Shown piece after piece: positions 12,218 through 27,700 of a stretch of DNA of 64,000 nt. Within the stretch, counting starts at the first letter, position 1. Each line of letters begins with the position of its first letter. Location of the stretch: contig JABVCE010000009.1 of the NCBI GenBank assembly GCA_014905635.1, positions 496,001 through 560,000 of the forward strand. Direction: 5' to 3'. A program made the translations under genes and the position numbers. The notes beneath the pieces are model-generated. The model worked only from the letters and a program-made list of their open reading frames with translations, ran no database searches and was not told the origin of the DNA. This DNA is from Scenedesmus sp. PABB004 (taxonomy: Eukaryota).

Positions 12218-14867
12218 TCAGGTCTCCGGTTCTGTCGTCGCGGGCACGTCGCCAGCAGGCGCGGCCGCTGCCGCTCCGCCGTCGGGCGGCGGCGCGGCGG
12301 CCTGCTTCTTGCGCGCCACGGGCTTGCGCTTGGCGGGCGAGGCGGCAGCCGCGGCGTCCGGCGTGGCGCTGCCGCCGCCCGCGTCAGCGGCGCCCCCGCC
12401 TGGCTGCTGCCTGGTGCCCGAGTCGCCGGCGCCGTTGCTGGCGCCGACGGCCGGCGGCGGCGGGCCGGCCCCGCCGCTGGCCGGCTGCTTGGGCGACGCC
12501 TGCTGCTCCGCGGCAGCGGCGGCGCCGGCGCCGCAGTCGCCGTCGCGACGGTCCCGGTCCCTGTCGCGCTCGTGGTGGTGCCTGGGCCGCTCGCGGTCGT
12601 CGCGCCGCCCCGTGCTGCTGCGGTCGCGGCCGTCGTGGGCCCGGCCGCGCTCGCGGCTGCGGCTCCTGCTGCGGCTGCGCCTGCTGTGCCTGCTGCTGCG
12701 GTCGCGGTCGCGGTCGCGCGAGCGCGACCGCTCGCGCCTGCCCCTGCTGCTGCGCTCCCGCTCGCGTTCCCGGTCACGCTCCGAGTCCCTGCCGCGCGGT
12801 TGGGCCTCCTGCCCGCCGCCGCCGGCGCTGCCGCCGCCGGGCAGGGGCGGGAACAGCGCGCCGCGGCGCGCCTGCGGCTGCGCGGCGCCCTCCGCGGCGG
12901 CGGTGGCGCCGCCCGCCGCCTGCAGCACGTCGCCGGCGTCGCGCGGGCGCTTGCTGCCGTCGTCGCCCACCGGCGACCGCGAGCGCGAGTGCTTGCGCTG
13001 CGCGCTGCCCGCCTCGCGCGCCCGCGGCGAGGGCGCGGCCGACGGCGGCGCCGACCCCGCCGCCGCGCTGCCGTTGGCAGCCGCCTGCGGGGGCGCGGCG
13101 GGGCGGGGCGCGGCGGGGCGGCGTCAGCTCGCGGCGCGCGCGGGCGCGGCGCATGCAGCGAGCGGGCTCGCGGGGGCGCGGTGCGTGTCAGTGTACGAAT
13201 ACAAAAGGACCTCATTGGCGCGCTCGGTGTAGATAAGGAAAGTGGTTGGCATCACCCACGCACCAGCGCCGCCCCCCGGCAGCCGGCTGCCCGCCCCGCG
13301 CCCGCGGCGCGCCCCCGGCGCGCGCGCACCTGCGGCGTCGCGCCCAGCACGCCCCCGGCGCCGCTGTCGACCGGCAGGCGCACGCTCGGGTCGAGCGGCT
13401 TGCCGCCCGGCCGCGGCGCGCCGCTGAGCATCGGCGTCGCGCCGGCGTCGCCGCCGGGCGCCGCGGCCGACGCGGGCGTCGCGGGCGTTGGCGGCTTGCT
13501 TGGCAGCAGCTGGTGGCAGACGGGGATGAAGCGCGGCTGCTGCATGCGGTACAGCGCGCACAGTGTGGCGCAGACGTCGCAGATTTGCGCGAGGCTTACG
13601 TTGAAGAGCGCCCACCAGGGCGGGTCGTCCGGCAGCGGCACCTGCAGCTTGCGCGCGACGTAAAAGATGATGCCGCACGCGACCACGTTGCTCTGCACGC
13701 GCACGCACAGCGTCGTGCGCAGGCTGCGCGCGCGGCGGCGGCGGCGGCGTCATCGGGGGGGGGGGGGGGCAGCGCACGGGGCGCCGGGCGGCGGCGGCGG
13801 CACGCGCGCGCGCGCGCGGGCACGCCTGTCGTTGGCGACGTTGAGCGCCTCCTGCAGGAAGCCCGGCACCGCCATCTCGCCGACGCCCGGCTCGCCCGGC
13901 GCGCCGGTGATGATGCCAAAGCCCATCGCCTGCCGGGGCGGGGCGGGGCGATGCGGGCGGGTCGCGGCTGCTGACCGCGACGGCGCTCCCACGCGGGGCT
14001 GCGCCCTGGGGCCTCTGCGGCCTCTGCGGCCTCTGCGGCCTCTGCAGCGCACACACCTGGCAGAAGTTGAGCAGCATCTTGTGGGGGTGGACGACGTGCG
14101 TGATGAAGCCAAACGCCTTGAGCATCTCCAGCTCGTAGCGGATGAGCGAGCGCCGAAACTCCTCCGCCTCCTGCGCGCGCGGGGGCGCCGGCCGGGCGTC
14201 GGCGGCGGCGCCCGGCGGGCGCGAGCGGCAGCAGCGGCGGCAGCAGCGGGGCCGCCCGCCGCCGCCCGCCGCCTCGCGCGCCCCCGGCTCGGATCATGCC
14301 GGCCCGCGCCCAGCCTGCTCGCCTTGCTGTGCAGGTCCAGCACGCCGAGCTTGCGGCCCTCCGGCGCCTCGCGCCGCGCGATGCAGCGGTCGATGGCCAC
14401 CATGCACTTGTTGAGCAGCTCCCGCGGGTGCCCGCTGACCTCCGGCACCTCCTCCAGCTTGGCTCCCTGCCACAGCGCCGTGGCGGCCAGCTTCTGCGGC
14501 GCGCGCAGCGGGGCACGGCGTGTGGCCGCGGCTGCTGCATCTCGGCTCGACGCGGGGCCGCCCCGGCGCCGCGACGGGCCGCCGTGGCGGGGGCGCCCAC
14601 CCCAGGCCACGGTCATGCCCCGGGCCGCCGCACCTTGACGTTGTAGGCCTTCATGCTGCGCTTGCAGAAGAAGCGCTGGAACAGCACGCAGCCGGTGGCC
14701 ATCACTGCCTGCTGGAAGGCCAGCAGGATGCCCGCCTCCTGAATCAGTGCGCAGCCGTAGGCCCGCAGCTCGGCCTCGGTGTCGCGGTCGATGCCATCCT
14801 TGCGGCTCGGGCTGTTCTCGAGCTGCTCCGCCGACACAAAAAAGGTGTCGAGCGTCGAGAACACCAT
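12218..14867 (-). CDS. CYCL1: Cyclin L (cyclin boxes plus C-terminal RS domain), multi-exon
   Basis: LENSPSRKDGID...ELRAYGCALIQEAGILL..QQAVMATGCVLFQRFF, LIRYELEMLKAFGFITHVVHPHK and SLRTTLCVR, followed by a terminal RS/RD-rich exon. Confidence 0.93.
13181..13263 (-). ncRNA. Intronic box C/D snoRNA with two antisense elements to LSU (25S/28S) rRNA
   Basis: On - strand: terminal stem gtgcgtg/cacgcac, C box GTGATGC, D' CCGA, C' AATGAGG, D CTGA. Guides are ACTTTCCTTATCTACA and TTTGTATTCGTAC. It is an AT-rich island inside cyclin L intron 13085-13329. Confidence 0.88.
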
Positions 14868-15393
14868 CCCGCCGGCCGCGGCGAGCGTCGCGGCCGCGCG
14901 GGCGGTCCCGGCCCGACCCCTCTGGAGAACAGCGCCGCGCGCGGCCGGCTTCGTCGCGAGCGCCGCGTCGCGCGTTACTCGTCACGACGCCGCCCCGGCG
15001 CCGAGACGCGGCGCGGTTCAAGGCTGAGCGAGGCTCGGCTTTAAGCAAAAGAAGGCCCAGCCCCTCACTCCCCGCAGCCCCGCGTGGCGCAGATGGCGCC
15101 GGCGCCCCGCCCGACCGCCCGACCGCGCCCGCTGCTGCGGCGGCGACGGCCACGCGCGGCCGCTGCCGGGCCATGCGCGGCGGCCCTCCCTCCCTTCCTC
15201 ACCACAGCTAGAGAGATGCAAGAAGCAAAGCGCGATGACGCCCGCCCGACTCGACACGACCGCGCCCGCACGTTGTTGGAGCGCTGGCGCCCCGCCGCCG
15301 CCGCCCCCGACCCCGCCAGCTACAGCTGCGCCCCGCTCGTCGCCCCCTGCTCCGCCGTCGCTGGCGCCGGCCGCGTCTACAGCCCTTGCCGCC

Positions 15394-17950
15394 TCAGTAC
15401 TTGCCGGCGATGCCCGCGAGCGCGTGCGACGTCGCCGCGCCGCCCGCGGCGACGCCGAAGCAGGCGATCGCGGCCGCGAGCGCCGCCTCGGCCCGCGACA
15501 GCGCGGGGCCGCAGATGCGCAGCGTGAACACGCACGGCAGCACTGCGCGGCACGGGGCAGGCGGGTCAGCGGGGCGGGTCAGCGGGGCGGGTCAGCGGGG
15601 CCTCCCCAGGCAGCAACCGCGGCACAGCGCGCAGCTGGCGGGGGGGCCCCCTCACCGATTGAGATGGCCATGGACATGAAGCCGCCGATGAGGCTCGAGA
15701 CGGCGGCGAAGAACGGGACGCTGACTGCGACCGCGGCGCTGAACGCGAGCAGCGCCGTGCGCAGGCACGCGCTCACGGCGGCAAACGCCCAGGAGTCGCG
15801 CCGCAGCGACAGCAGCTCCTGCCGGCGGCGGCGGCGTTTCGGGGGGGGGGGGGGGGGGGGGGGCGCCTGCAGGCCCCCCGCCGCGCAGCGCCCCGCGCCG
15901 CCCCCCGCGCGCCGCGCCCGTGCACCTCCATCGCCATCGCGACGGGCGCAAGAGTCAGGGCGATCTTAGCTAAAGGATTGATGATAACGAGCCACATCGA
16001 CAATACCGTGGGCGCCGCGCGCGGCGCGGCGGCCTGCATGTCCAGCGTGATGTTCTCGCTCACGCCGCTGCCAAACATCAGCGCGCTGCGGCATGCGGGG
16101 CGTGGGCGGGCGGCGCGTGAGCAGCGGGGCGGCGTGCAGGCGCGGCGTGGCGGGCGCCGGCGCCGCACCCGAGCACCGCCATGGCGCCGTAGATAGCTAC
16201 GACTGCCGAGAAGGAGCCGACGAGCAGCCAGGGGAAGTGGGCCTTGGTGCGCATCGACGCGTAGAGGCTCGGAAACACCGCGTGGCCTGGAGGGGAGCGC
16301 GCGGCGCGTGCGTCAGCGCGCCGTGCGTGCGCGGGCGAGCGCGGCGCGCGGCCCGAGGCGCCGCCGCGCGCCCTGGCGGCGGCGCCGCGGCGCGGCGGCG
16401 CGCCGCGTGCTGTGCGCGCTGCTCGCCTGAGAAGCAGAAGCAGAAGAGCCCGAGGCTCACGGGCACGCCGGACCAGGTCACGAGCGGCGGGCGATCGTGG
16501 GGGAAGCCCGTGATTGTGACGCCCTCCCACCCGACCAGCGCGAGCAGCGCCACGCTCGCAAAGATGCCGCCGACGCTCAGGAAGGAGAGCAGCGACAGGT
16601 CGCGCAGCCACACGCTCGGCAGCACCACGAGCGCCGCGAGCAGGATGAGCGCCTGCGCGGCGCCGCCGGCGGCGCGCGGCGGCGGACGACGGCGGTGGGC
16701 GCGCGCGTGCCCGCGCGGCGGGCACCGCGCCCCGCGCGCCCGCGCGCCCGCGCGGCGGGCGCCCCGCCGCCGCGCCTGCTTCGCGCCGAGGCGCTGCCCG
16801 CCCGCCGCGGCGCCGGCGCCGGGGAAGACGGCGGCGAGGTTGTCGCCCTCGAGGATGAGAAAGTCGACGCAGCAGCAGAAGAGCTCGAGGTACAACAGCA
16901 CCGCGACCAGCAGGCGCCCGCCCCGCCCAAACGCGGCCTGCCCGATGTCGGGGTACGAGCGCGCGCCGGGCACGGCGGCCATGCACTGCGCGAGCAGGCG
17001 GCCCGTGTAGCACGCGACCGCGCCTGCGTGTCGCCGGCGGCGTTGGTGGCGGCGGCGTTGGCGAAGCACCGGGGCGCGCAGCGGTGGGCCCGGCGGCGGG
17101 CAGCACCGCGCAACGGGCGGCATGTGCCGGCGGCGGCGGCGGCGCGCCGCCCGCCTCACCGACGCCGACCAGCAGCAGCATCGAGGCGAGGCCGGAGATG
17201 GCCATCGCGTACGGCGTCGTCAGCAGGCCCACGCCGCAGAGGATGTTGACCGCGTTGAACGCCGCCTGCAGCGTGGAGCTGCTCGCGCGGTCCTGCGTGA
17301 CGCGCAGGCGCGGAGCGGTCGGGGCGCCGCCGCAGCGCCGGGCCCCGCCCGGGCCCGCGCCGCGCCCGCCGCCGCCGCGCCCGCTGCCGCCGCTGCCGCA
17401 CCTCCTCGACCCACACCTCCGCCTGCACGTGGCCACCCGCCGCGTCCTTGATGACGCTGCGCAGCCGCGACGCGCCGCCGCCGCCCGCCGCGCTGTGCGG
17501 CGACAGCAGCGCGCGGCCCGCGTCGCTGCTCGCCTCTGACGGCTCCAGCAGCGCCGCCTGCGCCGCCTCGGCCTCGTCCGGCTCAAACTCAAACAGCAGC
17601 GTCTCCTCGAGGTCGCCCGCCTCGGCGAGCCGGCTCGAGCGCAGCGACAGCGACGGCGCGGCGGCGCCGAGGACCGGCGACCCGCGCGCCTCCTGCTCGT
17701 GCTCCAGGATGTCTGGGTGCCGCGTCCGTATCAGGCTGCTGGAGAAGGAGCTGGCGACGTGCGGCGCGCGCGCCGTCCAGCTCGCGGCGTCCTGGAAGCT
17801 CCGCGGCCACGCCGCGTGCCCGTTCAGCGGGTCCTCGTGGCTGTGCGCGGCGGCATCGGCCCCCGCGCCGCTGTAGCTGCTGCGCCGCCGCTGTGCGGGG
17901 ATGCGCAGCGATGACGGGCCGCTGCCCTCATCGTCCGACGGGCTGGCCAT
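15394..17950 (-). CDS. AVT1: Vacuolar amino acid transporter, AVT1-like (AAAP family), multi-exon
   Basis: SSTLQAAFNAVNILCGVGLLTTPYA, SYPDIGQAAFG, LYLELF, FCFSGHAVFPSLY and INPLAKIALTLAP. Stop after GIAGKY. Confidence 0.92.
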
Positions 17951-18483
17951 TGCGCGCGGCGCGCCCGCCGCCGCTCTCGCCAGCGGCTGCCGCTCACGCT
18001 GCTGCTGCTGCCGCTCACGCTGCCGCGGTGCGCAATGCTGCTGCTGGTGGTGCTCACGCTGCTGCTGCTGCCGCTTCTGTCGCTCGCACGAAGGTTGCCG
18101 TGCACGGCGGCTGCTGCCGCGGCGGCCGCTGCCGCAGGCGCTGCTGCCGCTGCTTGCGGCTCGCGGCGTCGGCGGCAGCTCGCCAGAGAGCGCGCGACGG
18201 GGGACAGGGAGTGCGGGGGCCTGCGCGCCCGGTTTGGAGGGGGGGCGAAAGGAAGACGCCGCTGGGCTTGCGCCCCGAACGACGACTGACGGCGCTCGCC
18301 GCCAGCGCCGCGCGAGCTCGCCGCCAGCGTCCCTGCAGCCGCGGCAGCGGGACGCCGCGGGAGCGGCTGCGACCTCACACAGAGCGGCGCAGCTGCTGCC
18401 GCACGCTCGCGCGCCGCTGCCTGCCCCCGGGCCCCTCGCTGCCCTGCATGGCAGCGGCGGCGCGCCCGTGAGCCGCGCCGGGC

Positions 18484-22813
<4,330 letters not shown>

Positions 22814-23050
22814 CGGCGCGGTTCACCGCGCGAACGCGGTCACCGTGTGTGACCGCCCCGGTGCGCAGAGCTCTCTGTCGCTTCCCAACTGCCGTCGCAC
22901 ACCGCCAGGCGCGCCGGCAGGTCCGCAGCTGCTGCCCGCCCACATCGCCAGCGGCCCACGCGCCAGCGCAGCGCACTGCTCGCCCACCCCCCGCCAGGCC
23001 GCTCAGCAGGGCTGCCGCCGAGCAGGTCGAATGCTAGAAGCTTGAACCAG

Positions 23051-24885
23051 ATGGCGAGCGCCCCGCCGGAGGTGGGCCGGCAGCAGCCGCGCCGGGCGGG
23101 CACCCGCCGCTGCTGAACAGTTGGCGGCGGCCAGCTCGCCCGTCGGCGCTCGGCGGGCCGCGAGGCGTGGCCTGAGAGAGTGTAGACGGTGTCGAGCAGC
23201 TGCTGCGCGCTCCCTGGCGGCTGCGATTCGGTCTCACCGGCGGTGCAGCTGCTGCTGCTGCTCCCGGCAGCGGCGGCGATTCCGCGCCGCCGGCAGGCCA
23301 GGCTCCCTGGAGCCCAGGCCGACCAGGCTGACCCCCTTCCCCCGGCCGCCGCCACCCTGCAGGCCGGCGGCGGCGCCGAGCCCGTGCCGCAGCGCGCGTC
23401 GCGCCGCGCCCCGCTGGCCACGGCGGTCGTCGACCCCATCCACCACCGCGGCCGCCGCGCCGCCTGGCTGGTCGCCGCGGCGGTGGTGCAGTGCGCGTGG
23501 GGCCTCTACTCTGTTTGCACGAGATGGCTTCAGCTGCGCGCAGCAACGCGCATCCCCGAGCTGCACCTGGCCGCGACCATCGTGATCCTCTGCTACCCCT
23601 TCGCTGCGGCGGTCGTGCTCGCGCCGGCGGCGTGGCGCGCGTGCCGCGGCGGCGGCCCCGCGCCGCCGCCGCCGCCGCCGCCGCCACTGAGCGAGCCGCC
23701 CGCGCCGCCGCCGCCGCCGCCGCCGCTGCGCCGCGCGCGCTGGGCGTCGCGCGCCGCGCGCGAGGCGCTCGCGCTGGGCGTCGGGTCGATCATAACGCTC
23801 GCCTCGCTCGGCCTGCTTGCGGCGACGCTGTTCGTCCCTGCCTTCCTGGTCCAGCTGCTCATGGTGCTCGTCCCGCCGCTCACCGCGGTCGCGAGCCGGC
23901 TGCTGCTGCGCGCGCCGACGCCCTACGCGCTCTGGCCCGCGCTCGGCGTCGGCGCCGCGGGGTCGCTGCTCGTCGTGCTCGGCGCGTGGCTCAAGCGCCG
24001 GCAAGGCGCCGCGGGCGCGGACGCCGCGGCCGCGGTCGGCGGCATGTCTGACAACGCCGAGCTCTTCGCCGGCCTCGGCATATCGCTCGTGAGCGCCGTG
24101 CTCTTTTCAGGGTACTACGTGGCCCTGCAGGCGAGCAAACGCGCGGACCCGGCGGCGCCCGCGCACTCGCGGCTGGACGTGTGCGGCGCGCGCGCGCTGC
24201 GCGCGCTGTGAGGCTGACCTGCCTCGCCAACCCGCCCCGCCGCGCTGCGCTGCGCGCGCAGGCGACGCGGCGCACGCTGCGCGCGTCCCAGACGATCATG
24301 GGGTCGCGCAACTCCGCGATCCTGCTGCTCGTGCCCGTCGCGCTGGGCGTGCAGGGCACCGACGTGCGCTGGCTGGCCGCGCTCGCGCCCGCGGACTGGG
24401 GCGTGCTGATCTTCGCGTCCGTCGGCTGCTACAACGTCGGCAGCCTCGGCCTGCAGTGGTGCACGCGCGCGCTCGGCGGCGCCGCGACCGCGCAGCTCAA
24501 CTCGCTGCGCCTCGTGTCATCGATCGCGGGCTCGGCGGTGCTGCTCGGCGAGGTGCCGCACAGCGCGCTCATGTGGGTGGGCTTTGGCATTGTCATTGTC
24601 GCCATGGCCGGCTGGCTGTGGCTCGCCGGGCGGCACAACGCCGAAGCGGGCCCCGCGCAGGGCCGGAGAAGAGCAAGGCCAGACGGCGCGGGCGACCCCG
24701 AGGCAGGCGCAAATTCAAAAGGTGGCGTGGACGATCAGGACGGGGGCGCCGCGCAGCCGGGAACTTTCAAAGTGTGGCCGCGTGCCCAGCGCCAAGCAGG
24801 ACGCCGTTCAGACGCCCACGCCCGCCGCACGCTCCAGCGCAGAAAAATAGACCTGCCAGAGGCTGCTGTAGCGCGCGTGCGCTAG
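23051..24885 (+). CDS. EamA/DMT-superfamily membrane transporter
   Basis: About 10 hydrophobic segments in two repeats (VVQCAWGLYSVCTRWL, LVSAVLFSGYY, IAGSAVLLGE). The start (ATG 23051 plus an intron to 23186) and the 3' end are tentative. Confidence 0.75.
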
Positions 24886-27067
24886 CAGCAGCATCCACGT
24901 CGGGTCGTCTGCGCGACCGGGCGGGCGCGCGCGCGGGCGTTCGCGCCGGTGCCGGCCGTGCGCGTGTGTGCGCGCGGCGCGTCCGAGGCCCCCCACCGGT
25001 GTCGCAGCGCGCGATGTGCACCACGTTGCCAAAGTAGCCGAGCGAGTTGAAGCTGCGCAGCCCGGTCGTCGCGTGGCTGCTCGGCCAGCCGCCTGCGAGT
25101 GGCGAGGCGCAGGGGCGTCGGCAGCCGGCGCTGGCCGGACGCGCGCGGCCGGCGGCCCCGCCGCGCGCTGCGCCGCGTCTGTCGCGCGGCGGAGGCCACC
25201 GCCGGCGCGGCGCACACCCAGGGCGTAGTGGATGCCATCGGCCTGCGCCAGCGCGGCCGCCGTGAGCTGGTCGTCGATCACGCCCGCGCCGCGCAGCGCA
25301 TTGATGTACAGGTGCGCGCCGTCCGCCGGCCGCATGAGCCGACTGCTCAGCGGGCAGCCGCTCGGGTCGGCGCCGTGGCTCTGGTCGGTGATCAGCAGGT
25401 CGAAGAGCTCGGGCGAGATAAAGCGCTCGCTGGGCGACGCGTCGCTGCCGTCGGCGAGCGCGTCCGCGCCGGCCGCGGCGCCACCGTGGACGAGCATCAC
25501 CACGAGGCGCAGCAGGTCGCCGGGCGTGCTCACACAGCCCGCGCCGATGCAGGGGTTGGTGGGGCGCGGCCCGCTGGCGGCGGTGTCGCAGAAGGCCGTG
25601 GCCGTCAGGCCCAGCGGCCGCGCCACGTGCTCGTCAAACGCCTGCGCACGAGCGGCACGCAGCCGACGGCGACGCGGCGCGCGGGGCGCGGCTTCGCGCA
25701 GGGCGCGGGGACGTGCAGGGGACGGCGGGAGGGCGCAGGGAGGGCGCGCCGGCGGCAGCCGGGCCCCCGCGGCCGCGCGGCCCTCACCTCATTCCAGGGC
25801 TTGCCGCAGACCTTCTCCACCACCGCGCCTACCACCTGATAGCCAGCGCCCCAATACCTGAACTTTTCGCCAGGCGGCGACAGCACGGGCAGCTCCGCCA
25901 GCATCGCCGCCGCGGCGTCCAGCGTGATGTCGGGCCGGCTGGCGGCCGGGTGGTGGTCCGGCGCAACCTGGAGGCCTGGCCGGGGCCGGGCCAGGGCCGG
26001 CGGCGGAGACGGCAGGGGAGCGCGGCGGCGGCAGCGGCGGCGGGTCAGCGGGTCGGCGTGGCCACAAGCGAGGCAAACATGCCAGCGCGGCCGCGCACCC
26101 GAGATGTGGTTCAGGAGGTGTGCGAGCGTTATGTGCCGCTTGTCTGGCCGGTCCCACGAGGCGAGGTGCGCCGAGATGGGGTCCGCCATGCTCAGCACGC
26201 CGGCCTGCTGCAGGCGCAGCACGACCTGCGCGACGCGGCGCGGTGCGGGCGGTGGGCGCAGGGCGCAGGCGCCGCGGGGTGCAGACGTTGCCGCCGCCGC
26301 CGCGGTGCTGCGCACGGGGCCGCCGGGCCGGCGCCGCACCAGGCAGGCAAGGCACTTGCCGACGGAGCGCACGCGCGTGCGCCGGTCCTTGTCCCAGCCG
26401 GCCGAGGCGACATGATACAGCAGGCCCTGCGGCGCAGGAGGAGGGATCGCGCCGCCGCGCCGCCGCTCCGCCTGCGCGCCGCCCCGCGTGTGCCGCCCTG
26501 CCGCCGCCGCACCCTGCGCCGCGTGCCGAACGCGAGGAAGAGCCCTTGTGGCGCGCACGCATCGGGCCGCGGCGAGAGCAGCAGGCGCGGGCCGAGGACC
26601 GCCGGCAGTGACGGGTGCGCGGCACCCCACGCCGCAAGCGCGGCGTCGCGGTCGGCGCGCGCGCCGTCGGCCGTGCGCGGCGCGAGGATGGTCTGCGTGA
26701 GCGCGTCGATCGGCTCGTCCGTCTCCGCCACCAGCACGGTGCCGCCGCCGAGCGCGCGGCACAGCGTGCCCTGCAGCGGCGTCACCGACATGAGCTGCAG
26801 CGCCGTGCCTGTGGACGCGGCGGGCCGCCGCGCAGCGCACTGGTTGGGCTGGCCAGGGCGCGCGGCCAGGGCGCGGCCAGGGCGGCGCAGCTCTGCGCGG
26901 CGCGGCGGCTGCGCACCTGGCCCGAGGCCCTGGACCAGGAGGCCGTTGCGCTCCAGCCAGGCGGTGAACTCCTCGTACTCTGCACCGCCCTGCAGCCGGC
27001 GCAGCGCGAAGAGCGGCGCCGCCGCGCCACGCTCCGGCGCCAGCGCCTCGCCGGCCGGCGCCGCCAT
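24808..27067 (-). CDS. Serine hydrolase, beta-lactamase class C / family VIII esterase-like, multi-exon
   Basis: SxxK (RSVGK), ITLAHLLNHISG, PPGEKFRYWGAGYQVVGAVVEKVCGK and ARPLGLT..TAF. The last exon DDPTWMLLLAH...GVGV* is joined in phase. Confidence 0.8.
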
Positions 27068-27700
27068 GCTCGTGTGGCAGGCTGCGGGCAGCAGTCAGCA
27101 GAGGCAGCAGCAGCGGCAGAAGCTGCAGCAGCAGCAGGGGCAGCAGTCAGCGGCAGAGCGGTCGGCAGCAGCAGCGGCGGTGACGCTGCTCCGGCTGGCC
27201 GCTGGCAGCTCGCGGCGTGTCGCGACCGCCCGGGGACGGTCGGCGCGGTGGGCGCAACTGGAGGCGCGGGAGCGGGGTGTGCTGCACATGGGGGGCGGCG
27301 CCGTATCGCCGCCGTCGATGACGCTCTTGTCTGTCACCCTCGCGCTCGCCTCCCGCTGCACAAGTCCTCCCCACGACTCGCTGGCTTGCATGCAGCTGGT
27401 GCGTCATGCAGCCCGTGCGCGCGGCAACCCCCAACGGCACCCCGTGCGCGTGCGCCGCGCCCGTTTTCGTGCCTCAGCGCCGCGCGGCGGCGGCAGCAAC
27501 GCAAGGCAGGCAGCAGCGCGGCAGCAACAGCAGAGCAGCACCTGGCCAGCGCGGCACCCAGCTGGCGCGCGCGTGCCGGCGTGATCAGCCTCGGCGGCGC
27601 GCCAGCGCGCGCCCAGCGCGCTCGTCCACCTCCCTCTGCGCGGCCTGCGCGCGCCCAGGTCTCAGCGGTCGAATACACGTGCCCGGGTCTCACGAGCTGC

